Shown here piece after piece: positions 37,965-50,411 of a stretch of DNA of 64,000 bases. The translations under genes were made by a program, and so were the position numbers. The notes beneath the pieces were generated by a model. It was not told the origin of the DNA. It made no database searches and worked only from the letters and a program-made list of their open reading frames with translations. The stretch is from Lophium mytilinum (lineage: Eukaryota): assembly GCA_010093605.1 (NCBI GenBank), contig MU004195.1:1317566-1381565 (forward strand), given 5' to 3'. The first letter of the stretch is position 1, and every line of letters starts with the position of its first letter.

Positions 37965-38338
37965 TGACGAGGCTGCGAGCATGGGCGAGAGTAAGGAGTA
38001 TTGTTCGGTTCGCTTCCGATCTGGCCATCGCTGAGATGGGGTAGGTTGGGGTGACAGTGCTGGGGTTTCTCGAGCAACGGCCGGAAACCAAACTCGGTAA
38101 ACTGAAAAATGCGATGTCTAGGAAATGATTGACAACAAGGAAGCAGACACAGTACCCCTATACTAGGAAAACATCTACGCAGCTCTGCTATCTCCTAGCA
38201 AACACCTTAAGCGATCACCGCAATATACTTGACCTGCTATGCCCTAACAGCACCTGCTATCACCTCGAAATCCCTTCCCCAAGAATACACGACCATTTCC
38301 ACAAACACACCTCCACCATCTCCGCAATCTCCATCACT

Positions 38339-38824
38339 TCAAGCCCTCCCACCCCGTCCCACCCCCTCTTCCCTCCCTCGCCCTCCTACCACCACAACCC
38401 TCCCACTCCTCCACATCCACGGCGACCGTGGATTCTCATGCGCGCACATCCGCATCTGATGTCTCGCCATCGGCCCCAACGACACGCCCAGCGCCCACAC
38501 AAGCGCATGCCACCACAGATACCGCAACAACTCGGCAAGGAGCACACCTCCCAGCGGCGCGAGGACCAGCGAACCTGTATTAAGAAAGCTCATCGGTTCC
38601 GCAAAGAGTACAGTACCTGGTCCTAGCCCCAAGGCGAAGGCGAGCTTCAGGTCGAAGAGGGTGGCAAAGCGAGACGCGCCGAGGAGAGTGATGAAGAGGT
38701 CGACGCTGAAGCCTAGGGAGAGCAAGAGGAGGGTGGTGGATGCGAGCATACGGAGTGGGTAGGGGTGGTGACAGACTTCTTCATGGATCCAGAGTATCAT
38801 GTGTGTGGGGTGTGGGTGGTCCAT
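38339..38824 (-). CDS. Orphan membrane protein
   Basis: CTACCATGG start, hydrophobic core, Gly/Arg-rich tail. Confidence 0.45.
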   Translation of the reverse strand: MDHPHPTHMILWIHEEVCHHPYPLRMLASTTLLLLSLGFSVDLFITLLGASRFATLFDLKLAFALGLGPGTVLFAEPMSFLNTGSLVLAPLGGVLLAELLRYLWWHALVWALGVSLGPMARHQMRMCAHENPRSPWMWRSGRVVVVGGRGREEGVGRGGRA

Positions 38825-39714
38825 GGTAGCCCAGGGGGGCGAGTAGCGACCAGGGAGGGTATGATGTTGACCGACCGGTAGTTCGTGGAGCGCTGTGAGA
38901 GAGCTGATGATTCCGTTGCTGTTCAGTGTACTTCTTCGTATGAGCGGGTAATACGCAACTCTTGGGATCTTGGGCTTATATGTACTCTCTATCCCTACTC
39001 TATGAGAAAGAACTGTTTGTCTGTGTCCATTTTTCATGGGACATCGCCTGTCTCAGACACGCACATAAAGCTCTACCGACACAGTACGCATAAGCCAGCT
39101 TCGACAGAAGCAAAGCGAGACAGCAATCAAGCGCATCTTTGCACCAAGGTAATGAAACATCACATGAAGTATGACTCTTGAATTACCCAAACCACCTAAT
39201 TACCAAACGCCACGCCAAAATGCCCAAGATCCATTCCACGAGCATCAAGCTGCTCGAATCGTAATGCATCATGCATAAAGTAGGTGTCACAGAAACGCGC
39301 ACGCTTCTGGGACCAAGAACTAGACAAGAAGGAGAAAAGCTAGAATCGAAAGTGTGAACAAGAAAAGATGAGAAAAAGACGAAATACAAGCTTGGAATAG
39401 AAGTATTCAGAGTCAAGCATGAGAGAAGACGAGGAGGCGTGCTGGTGACGTCCCTGCCCGCAATTTGGAGCCCATACGATATCCACGCATCTTGCGAACT
39501 GAAGGTGAGCAAGGCTGATATGTGCGTCGAGCTTGAGCAGCGGCAAAATGAGTGCGACGCGGGATGTCGCCATCCGTCGATATGTGCTAGCCCCCACTTA
39601 CTACCAAGATGGTAGGCAGGTAGTCGCTACCCCGATGTCCATATGTAATTTTGCTATCCAAGAGATAGCCGCGCTTCATCCAGAAGTGTTGATCAGTTGG
39701 CTTCTTTGAGGAGC

Positions 39715-41875
39715 TTAGAAGATCTCCTCGCCATAGCCATCCCATCCATCATCTTCCCTCGAACCGCTGCATCCCTTCGCTTCCTTTGGGAAATTAGGAA
39801 GCGGCGGCACGCTATCACCATCTGGGGCAACCGTAACGACCTCATCCGGGCTCTCGCTTCCCCTACGGCTTGCTGGAGACAGAGAGCGGTGGCTCTCCTT
39901 GCGCCGAAGCTTCTTCGCGGAAGTTGAGCGCGATTGGCGATCTCGAGGACGCGCAGACGGGGTGGCTGTGGCGGTAGGACGAGATGGCTCGTCTTTGAGA
40001 GGGAGTTTAGTGATGGTAACAGTCTCTTCAGTTTCGATAGTATGGTCTTCCATGACCTTGGCAGTGACAACGCTGGTGGACTCGTTGAACGTAGTGTTCT
40101 TCTTAGTGAGACGTCCAGTGCCGCCCTGTTTCTTGGAGGTAGAATTCGTCTTTTCTTTGCCCTTGGGGCTCGTCTTCTGTGCAACCTTGCCGCTGCCTCG
40201 GCGCTTCTTAGCAGCCTGCGCGGCCTCCCACTCTTCGTCGTCATTATCCTCACTCTCCGGTTTGTAGCGAACATCATCGCGCTCCCCGCTCTTGCGCTTC
40301 TTGGTCACCTTTCGCTTCGGTGCAGCTCCAAGTCCGTTGGGTTTGACCGGAGTCTCGAAGTCGTCGGTCCAGATGTCGCCTTTGACAATGGAGCTCTGGG
40401 AAACCTCGACGGTTTCAGTCAGCTCCTCCACTCGCTCATTCTGTGAGACAGGCAGAGCAGCTTGTTCTCCTTTGGAGGCCTCGCTCTCATGCAGTTGCTC
40501 CGGAAACAAGAGTCGCTCAGATGGTAAAGAAGGTAGCGCTCCAGGGGTGAAGGGCGTGAAGACCTTCTTCAGTGGGGAGATACTACGAGACCGAGGGTTG
40601 GGTGTCTGACTGTCCGCCAAACGTGCGGGGAAGGCGGGAACAGGAGGCGCCAGAGTCTGGTTAAGGTCGCGACGAGCTTGCTCAAGCTTTGCTTCAAGAT
40701 CGCTGACGCGTTTGCTTAGCTTTTGCTGCTTCTGCATATCCTTCTTCGACTGCTGTTTGCGGATTGTCCGATCTTGGTCGAATGCTGCTTTTGCGGGAGA
40801 TTGAGAATAGCTGGGAGTGCGTGGACTGTTCATCTGAGCCTCAGACTTGACCCGCTTGAGGTTAGCAAGAGACGGTGTCTTGAAATGAAACGGTGCTTTG
40901 GTGGTCACGGAAACGCTAGAGGCGGATGCTTCCGACCGGGGAACGTATAGGGAATTGCCGTTTTCCAGAGAAGAGCGAGCATCGTCCATCTCGATACCCG
41001 AATCACGCGGCTTGACTTCCGCATCTGGTTTCCCTGCGGCGACGGATCCACGGACAAAGGTTTTGGTAGGTCCCAACAGGCCCGCTGCCTTGAGTTCCGC
41101 ATAGGCTTGCTCAGCCTGCGCCTTTCGGTCGTCCAGATCAGTGCCATTCTTCGACGCTTGTTCTTGAGCAACTTCCTCTTCGGCCTCTTTGTAGGAGTTT
41201 TGGAGTTTGTGCCATATGTTCGCCGGGTTGAAGGACGCAGCGATAGACCGACCGAATCTGAAAAATCCAGATCGCCTGCTCTCGGCAGTGGTTATACTCG
41301 CGACCGAAGCCTCGGGAGTATGCTGAGGCATCTTGGTAGGAGACTGTGAGACTCGGGTTGGAGGCCGTGCGGTGGCTGGCCGGTTTGTGTCCTCTTCATA
41401 GTCGGCCATCAACTGATCCACAGACAAACCCTGCGAGCTTCCCTGGAACAGTCTGGTGAAGACACTGGGAGGTTTGTCGCTGGTCTTGTCGTTCATGCTG
41501 CCCTCGAGAAACTTAGACGGACGCATGGATGACGATGAGACATGGCGTAATTGGGTGAGTGGGGGCGGAGGTTGGAGAGCAATTAGACGGGGCTCTGCGG
41601 GCAGCGGCCAGTTCTTCGAGCGGCGTCGCTTGGACGGAGGTGTTTCAATTCCATTCTGAGGTTCCCCATTGAGATCCTCCTCATAGCCTCTCTTTCGGGT
41701 AGTATCGGCATCTGGCATATCCTCGTCGTGGTCGAGGCAGCTTGCACTGCGTGAGGCAAGGGGCGTCATGTCGGGGTCGGCACTCTAGGGGAACAAGGTC
41801 AGTAGTGGCCTGGCTGCATAAATATTGGAGCAAGCTGCATACCTGAGTGCGGGCTTTTCCTTTAGACTTCACCAT
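39715..41875 (-). CDS. Conserved fungal low-complexity, probably nuclear protein of unknown function
   Basis: Exon 1 MVKSKGKARTQ, intron GTATGC...CTGAC...TAG, long exon 2 with RPSKFLEGSMND, coiled-coil KLSKRVSDLEAKLEQAR and basic NLS-like clusters. Confidence 0.75.
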
Positions 41876-43476
41876 CTTTGAGAAGAAGCCTCGAGGGCGG
41901 CAGACGTCGGCGTCGGCGAGCTGTGTGGGAATGTTTTGTCTGTCGGAAAATGAATCCAGAGGTTGATGCGGGCGCTAAATATGCACACAAAGAAAATCGT
42001 GGAGTCGTGAATTCATACGGGGGCACGCATGCCAGCACGACGAAGAGGCAACCAAGTGGTGGTGATAGAGGGCGGTGGTAGTGAGAGACAAGCTGGAGCG
42101 GGCGTTGTCAAAACAACGTCGCGCTGTCACATGGATCAAGGGTCTCGCATTCACCACCAATCAGAGCCAGATTCACGCTCAGGTCGCTGATCGCAAGACT
42201 GTTAATAGCGCGTGTACTTCGCGCTTTTGCACACTAGATATGATGGGAGGACTTCTAGTGGAAACATGAAGCTATAATGATATTGACTTGAAAGCCGCCT
42301 GCCTCATAATTCCAATCATGTGACCTATTCTCCAGAACTTCAACATCTTAGGCAAAGAATCACAGCGCAGCAGGATAAAGCGACGAGAAGGCCATGAAAG
42401 CTTGTATCAATGACCCTTCCGAGCACTTTGCATTTCACTCCAGAGTTTTTATAGACGGCCCCTGAACAGTATTGCATTCAGCTTGCGACATACCCTGGTG
42501 TTGGGTTTCTGGGGTCGAAAGGGGCAGCTACCAACGCAGCCACGCTCCGAGCCAGGAGTGGAGGCGACGTGACCGATCCGTGAGGCTGGGTCTGGATATT
42601 TCTGGCTCCTGTTTTGTGCGTCCGAGTCTAATATAGTGCTGCGAGGGTCAGGATACTGCCACTCTTGCACATGGGTGTTTGAAGCTGCCGAAAAACCCGT
42701 ACATAGTACATCACCAGTTTCATCTAGGGGAACAGCACAGTCTTCGAAAAGGTAAGAAAAGTCCTCCCATTGTTTTATCGTATCTAGCCGGGTACAGTAA
42801 ACAGCCATCCACACTACGCTACGAGCGAAAAGTGAGTCTAAGCCCGCCCTGCGTTCATTCTACCTCCCGTCCATTCCTCCTGCACACGCATTCTTGCCTA
42901 TACCAATACCCAGCTCCCTCGCTTTCCTAAGACTGACACAAACACGAGGCCCCGCGAACGCAGTCCACCAAAACTAGAAACCGAGAGGCGTGAAGACAAA
43001 GAATAGAATCGAAAACGTTGTGGTGCCGTGTGGCTGTGTGTCCAACTTGCCTGCTCCTTCTTCCCACCACAAGACATACCCTGCAATATCCCATTCAAAT
43101 CTCCCGCATAGACCTACAGAACATGACCAAAACTAAATAGCAAAAAGGAAAGTTATCTGGTGGTCGGTAGATGGGTTTCTCGTAGACACAAGGAAATGGT
43201 GTAAGCATCAAGCTTGCGACCGCCCGAAGGACGGGGAAAACAATAGTGATATTAACGCCCTTCTCTTCCAAAAGAAAACGAATACAAAGAAGAACAGTGC
43301 AGTTGCAATCGGCGTAAAAACCGTTCACATATCTCGCTGTCGTTGTCGGAATCGAGTGCTCTCAGTCCCAGTGCGCGTTGTTCCAAGATTTATAAGACCA
43401 AACACCGAAACCGACATTACTAAATCAAGCGCATACATCGAAACCCTTCTTAAGTTGAGAAAGGTTTCGCCGCGAG

Positions 43477-45379
43477 TCACGCGAGATCTGGCACACGGCA
43501 TTGGCGGTGTGTACCGTCAGCACGACGGTACATCATAGCGTTCTCGTCGAACTCTTCGACGTCTGGGCTATCGTCATTGTTGTCGTATGCATAAGGTGGC
43601 GCAGTAACATTTGGCCGCTCCCCGTGCTGCAGCCGTGCGTCCAAGTGCTTGGTATCGAAAGTGCTTGAGAATGATCGTTTCGTTCCTGCTGCTGATTGGG
43701 GCTGGCTGCCAAACTTGGGTGGGTAACCATGATCCGAGCTGGCTGACATTGAACCGGGTGCTGACAGAGGACCGCCTGATAGAGGACCACCAGAAAGAGG
43801 ACCACCTGATAGAGGACCGCCAGACATGGGGCCACCGCTTAGCGTATAGGAAGGAGACACAGGCTCAGGCCTTTCTGCTGGAGGCTGTAAGGTCTGCAGT
43901 GTTTTGATGTGAGGAAGCGAGTGACCGTTGGACATATGCATCGCACCAGGAGTCGTAGGAGGACCTCCGTGGTGCGAAGGCTGCATTGGTTGATTACTAG
44001 CAGTGGAAGGAAGCTGTGGCCGGTTGTAAGCGCTGTCTAGAGTGCCGAAAGGAACCATTGAGTTGGGAGCGGAGTATTGCTGAGTGGTGGTCGGAGTCAA
44101 GGAAGGACGCCGATATTCGGTTGGTGTTCCCGTGTAATCAGTGCTCTCCTGGCGCATGGGTGGTGGCTGCTCGTAGTGAGGCTGAGAATAGGACTGGCTC
44201 GGGTAAGCGTACGGTTGCGGCATATGCATTGCAGGTTGGCTCGGGTAGCTGTGCTGCGGCTGGTGAGATTGATGCTGATACGGGGTCTGTGGCGGTTGCA
44301 TCATTGAGCTTTGCTGCGGCGGTGCATACTGATTCTGATACTGCTGGCTAGGAGCTCCTCCATACTGCATTGGCGGCGGGTAGCCATTGTTCTGGGGTTG
44401 AGGAGTGGCCATGTGCGGGAAACTGTTCTGCTGATATCCTTGAGCCATATCCTGGAGAGAAGGACGACGCGCAGGAGGGCCGAACGAGGCGTTGCTAGCA
44501 TTGGAGACGGATCTGGGACGGTCACTGGCATCAATCAAGGGCTGAGGCGTAGCCATGTTTTGCTGTCCGTAGGCATCTGGCGTCGCAGTTCGTCGGGTGG
44601 CATCGTAACCGGCCTCCTCGTCGTACTCGTCCCAATCCTTGGACGACTTGTTCTCGCGCCTCCTCATGCGAACGTCACGACGTATGCGAACGCGGCAACC
44701 CTGCTCGGCGACCATGCGGCTGGGAGCAGTGCTTTCGGTCAGACCTGGGAACTTCTTGGCCGAGAAGACGGTGAATGGCGATGACTTGACTTCCAATCGG
44801 TGTGAAACGTGGGCATCGACCTGAGGGGGAGGAATAGTGCCACGGTCTTCAGCGTCCATGTCTTTGGGGTCCTTCAATTCTTCGTACAGGGCGAAGCTCA
44901 GACGGTACTTTCCTTCATGGCGAACCGACAGGTCGGGGAAGATGAAATAGCCAGCGGGAGTGGGCCGATCCAGGTACGCCATGCCGGCCACGGGCGTGCC
45001 GGTGAGAACGGCAAACTGCGTGGAGGTAGCTGGCACACGGCCTTGGGCCACCTGTCTGGCGTTCTCCAGAGTCGCAAAGAGGAAGAAGTTGGCGCTGTAA
45101 GAGATGGTCACCTCGGTCATGTTGCCGGGCTCGCCTTCATAGACGCGCAATTCCACGATTGGCGGCGGGTCGACTGGACGACGATCCGCAGAGGCTGCAT
45201 GAGTTAGTCGCGGTGTCTCACAAGGCGCGAATCGACGTACATTTGGCACCCGAGCCACAGGCTCTGGCTCGCTCGGGCTGCTGGATCACCGCCATGCGAT
45301 AGGTGATCTTCTTGCCCTCCTTGGTTATCCTCGTCGACGTGCTGTTCGTCTCATTCTGAACGGGTATAATGGTCGCCAT
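43477..45379 (-). CDS. veA: Velvet-domain developmental/secondary-metabolism regulator VeA
   Basis: [38 protein letters not shown] | [65 protein letters not shown]-terminal MMYRRADG; intron 45240-45195. Confidence 0.95.
43760..43838 (-). repeat. 15-bp coding repeat (SGGPL/M x5) in the VeA C-terminal region
   Basis: AGAGGACC(G/A)CC(T/A)GA repeated on the + strand. Confidence 0.85.
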
Positions 45380-48300
45380 GGTGGATTAATGGGACGGAAG
45401 CTGGATAGAGATATCGGTGTGATGTGCTGGAATGGCTGGAGAAGTCTCGTTAGCGACGCTTGTCAACGCTACGGTAGTTGGTGACAGTGGTGGGTTTCGG
45501 TCCCAAAGGTGTCGTCCCAAGCGTGTTGACGACGGCGGGTCCGAGGAGGCTAGCCAGCCCGAGTTGAGAGGGCAGACCAATACAATTGTTCGGTTTGGCG
45601 CTCCACTCAACGTCGCCGTGGTTGAGAGCAAGTCTCGAACAACATCACCAGCGCCCGGTGGTGACGGTTTCCAGCGAGGTGGCCAGACATGCGTTGCCGT
45701 GGGCGCGGGAGACGTCTCGCTGGGCCTCAGCCCGACGGGAAGGCGCGACAAGAAGATCAAACACTCACCGAATGGATGGCAATGAAAGAGAGACAGCAAT
45801 GCTGGCCCGGGAACGACGAGTGCAGATGACGCGGCAGAAGGCGCGGCAGAGGAGTTTGGCAGATGGGGAGAAAGCGAGGGACGGAGTCGAGGGCAGGGCA
45901 CGGCGAGGGTCGCACCTGGAGTCAATCGAGCCTCGAGGGGTGCAGTGGAGATGGCGGACGAGCGACAGCGACGACGACAACGAGGTGGAATGGCTCGCGG
46001 GGCCTTCTGCGGTATTGCGCAGCAGCTCTCGCGCGGATGGGCGTGTCGGGGAGGAGGGTGAGGATGCTGGAGAGGGCAGCGAGACAATGGGGGCGGCAGC
46101 GAGAGGCGGGTGAGCGACGGCCCCGGGTTGGATACCGGCTAGGCCCAGAAAGGCTAGGTTGTTCCCACAAGCGCATCTGATCAGACAATGGAAGCTAAAA
46201 AATCCACAGCCAACCCCAGCCCATAGACCCACGCACCACCACCGCCAGGACCGCTCGCGACGCTGCTCTGCCACGGCCGGCCCTGAAGCCACGCCGCTGA
46301 GCTACCGGTGCTCTTCTGCGGTGTCCTGGCCATTGGATGCGGCGAGGGCGGCGCTGCCTCTCGCTGCCCGTCTGCCCGTCTGCCGGAGCGCTCAAACTCA
46401 TGGATAGCCTGCGACACTATTGCCTGCACTCTGCGCACTCTGCGCACTTGGAAACCCCAGCCGCGCATTTGCTTCTCCCGCCTCCGGCACCTCTCAGCAC
46501 AGACTGCCTATCCCGAACGAGCCATCGTCCCGGGCCGCTTGCTCGAGTCGCTGCTTTGGCGTCCGCGGAGCACACTGATCTCCAGCCTCGAGTCAGGCCA
46601 CTTTTCATTGCTCTCTCTGCTCATCGGATCGTGGAGGCGCCTGTTGAGACACAGCACAGAATCCAGCGCGATGCAGTTCGCGATGCAGCAGCGTCAGCCA
46701 CCGGGGACTCTCGCCGTGTGGTTGCATCAGCGCCAGCCCCTATGCAGTCCTCCTAGACGTGATCGACATGCTGTTTGGGGACAGTTGCCAGACTCGTCCA
46801 ACAGCTGCGCGCAGTCCGCTGATTGTGCATCGTCGCCAGCAGTAGCGGACTTCGAGAGGGCTTCTGTCGTCCTTCGGGCCATCTTAGACACACCACCGCC
46901 ATCTCGCAATAATGCGCCGCTTGTGCGGGTGCTGTATCGCCCTCAGCTCAGCCTGGCGCGGTGCATGCTGCAGCTGTTTGTCCGGGTTTCGCGCTGGAGA
47001 GCCAATTGTGGTACGGCCAGTGATTACGGTGCTTCGAACTCCCCATCGGGCGTCGTTTTATTCTCGGTGTCTCGCAGCTCGGCGTCGCAGCGGCTGGCGC
47101 AGTCATCAGCGCAGACTCTTGCGATCTGGCGCCGCGGAGCATGTGCCAGAACCGAATCAGCATCTTGCAGGGTGCAGCGACTATCACAGGATTCAGGACA
47201 CGGGAACTCAAGCTCAGGACAGGCCATCGTCGGCTGCAAACCGGCTAGTTCCCGAGACGTTTCCTGGGGCCAGAAGAGACGGCCCGATGCCCCCAAGAGT
47301 CGGAGAGGAATAGCGGGCTCGGCGTGAGCGCTCGACGCCCGCTACATGCACTCGGGGAGGGGAACTTCCGTGGTTGCGAACCGTGGAACCAAGCCGGCCA
47401 ATCTGCAATCACGCGGAATCATGCAAGGCGGGCTCGTCGCAGTAGAACCAATGATGCGCGCAACCCTCCTGCGGCGCCCCCGTCAGTGGATGGGGCGTGG
47501 AAACCAATAGCCACGCAGCGAGGGCATTCCAGGGAGCCAGGATGGCGTGCACTGACACGGGCCGACTCTCTCGGTATCCCGCGGTAGGGGAATCCCTACT
47601 GGGCGCCGTTGTCGACGGGATCGGCGTGTGGGCGTTCATCGTTCGTCGCATCGCTGGCCGCGTCCCCGTGGATCTGCACCACCACATATCGCCACACGGG
47701 TCGCTATCGTTCGATCCAGATTGATAGATTGGCTATTCTGGGTTGTCTGAGCAACGCAAACTTACAGCAGCGCGGCATTTCGTCCCAAAAGAGGCGTAAC
47801 AGCGGCGCATCTAGGCGGCAAAACAACACCCGCCGTGGATATAGTCCCGGGCCTGCCGCTGCTGTCGTGTCTCCTTAGCATGAAGGATAAACCTGAACAA
47901 CTGAGACTCTCCTAGTTGTGGGATAGGCCGTGGAGTTTGACGATGGGAAAAGATTTTTGTTGCGGAAGTTTGCGGTTGCTGTGGTGAGGTTGGATTTGGG
48001 TTATGTGCGCGTGGTTTGCCTGAGGCAGTAGAAAGGGTCGTTGCTTCCTTGTTTGGGTGCCTGGTGGCAGCTCTCCCGACACCGCCATGCCATCAAAGGC
48101 CTCCCACGTGTAGGCCACCCCAGGCAGATCCCCTAACCATCAGGAACTGTGCCAGGACAACGATAACCCTCGCCTTCGAACCATGGGACACCACCGCCAT
48201 GGCTACAATAAAGCTCCGGGCTAGGAGCTTCCTAGTATCCCCTACCTCTCGCCGCATTCGAACGCGAAACATCTCCTGCATTTTCCCGACTTCGAGAAGC

Positions 48301-50411
48301 ATTTGCCCGCCAGGCATGCAACGACCCCGTTGCCAGGGATTGTTAGCAACCCAATACGCCCCCAGGAGCTACCGTGTGCTGTCGGCCAGCTGTCACGAGT
48401 GGTCGGATGGGTGGGCGATGCCGTCAAGAGAGTCACGAATTTCTGAGTTTCTGGCCAGGATCTGCCAACAGCTTCTAGGAGCCGTCAACCTGTAATCCTG
48501 AGCCATGGCAACGATCGGTAACCAGCCCGGCATCCATTATGGCACACGGAAGAGGCTCTTCCACCACTTTGGGGATGTAGTATGTACGCGGCAGGACAAA
48601 ACTTGACCGAAGTGTGTCCTCCTGACGCCCGTTAACAAGACTATCATCTTGAGGTACGACACATTACCAACAGAACTTCAAGAAGATGGGCACATCTCAA
48701 AGACATTCTGTAGTCAGAATATCATGTGGCTATTTCTCCGCAACGATCCTGCCTACGAACGTTCCATCCGCATAGAGACCCGAAACGCGTCCGCTTCCTC
48801 GTGGACGCCACAACTCACTCGGATTTCCTGTCTCGATACCTGCCAGCACTCGTAAAGACCAAGAAATCATCCACACTGCAGTCTATCTGAGACAAGAGGC
48901 TTCAAAACGAGCATTCCGCACGTGCCAGACCTATTCCCAGCCATCTACCACACCATCTAGACGCCTTAGAACAAGGTCATCCCGTCCTTTCCAGACAGAG
49001 CTCGCCGATCGCGGTGCAGCCCCACGTGCTGTCATCGCGCGAATGGCTTAACTCTCCTCCGGCGGACGTGGGTGTGCGGCATTCAACGTGACACCAACAA
49101 CACCGCCCCTGGCTTCGCGTTGCTGCCTCGCGCCTGGGAATCTCTGTGTACCCATAACAGCCACTTGTTATAGTCCGCTGCATATGCTCGGCCAAGCTGT
49201 AAGGTTCTTCCTGTGCGTGGCGGAGACGGGGAGCCGGTGCTGTGAGTGAGACGGGAAGGGTATTGTGGTGTGGTGGGCCGTAGCGGCCGGTTGCAGATGA
49301 ACTAATAGTCTGTGGGTTTCGGTAAGTCACAATCCTATTACTATGCTTGACGTCAGGGTCGTAAGTAAGGACAATAATCCCACCTTTCATAAATGTCGCT
49401 GCACCCCTAGACTCCTTCACAGAGAGCTACATAGACCCGCATTCTTGCAGCTCCCGTCATGCTGTCCTTGCACGAAAGGCACGAGAAGGTAATTTTAGTT
49501 GGAACGGCATGCAGGTACCATGCGTAGGAAGCCGCCTGACGAATGTTCCTGCTTTAGACTCGTAAGATGAAGCTTGAGGCCGGACATAGTTTGATTCCGA
49601 CCAGTCATCAAGTCTAGCCCTAGAACACGCACGCTGTCGTAGGGCGCTCAGACACCATCTAAAGGGAGCGGAGAGCATGCAACATCTGTTTGGTGTAACG
49701 AAAGCTACTAGTCTATACAGCTCTTAGACGCAGCCAGGAGTACTCTCATAGATACGAGAGGACCAGAAAGACGTAGCCCTTGCTACTTTTAGAACGAGAA
49801 AGCTGGTTTGACAGCTTCAGGACCATTCATATGTTCAATACAGTCTACCGGACTAGGGTGAAGGCCATTGCTCAGACGTGTGGTGAACAGAAAAGGTAAT
49901 AGGTCGGGCTGGTTGCTAGAGCTAGTAGAAGCAAGTAGTATTACAGATATCTAGAAAATATTGTAATTGATCAGAGAAACTCTTTGTCCATGAAGGAGGT
50001 GTCTTCCGGCACTTTCAAGCTTTGACACCACTTCTGATTGTCTATTCTGAGCCGACGTCCAGCAGGAAATCAGGCCCCGCTGATCGCGAAGTGGCAGTTT
50101 AATACCGTCTGAGGTGACCTAGTCAGCTACCAAACTGGTCAAAGTTGTAGCTTTTGATAACTTCCTAGGGAACACAAGCGATGCTGAGTGCATATATGAA
50201 GTGAATGAAGCTAAAAGAACACAACAGGATTAGTGACCACCATTTTATGTTCAAGGCTTCTCACAATGACCCAGACATATGCACACCATAAGCCTGATTT
50301 CCTGACTTGAATTGTTCCCCTCCAATACGGATTCATGTCTCCTGATGTCATGTGCTAGCGTGTTCTCATCCTTCCCCGCGACTTACATCCCCGAGCTCCC
50401 TCACCCACAAC

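Noticed and set aside
42449..42814. 121-aa ORF between the 39.7-41.9 kb gene and veA
   Set aside because: No motif or splice support; could be a fragment.
45386..48495. Long overlapping ORFs (e.g. 46308-47327, 339 aa)
   Set aside because: Non-ATG starts and Arg/Ser/Ala-rich composition typical of GC-rich non-coding shadow ORFs.
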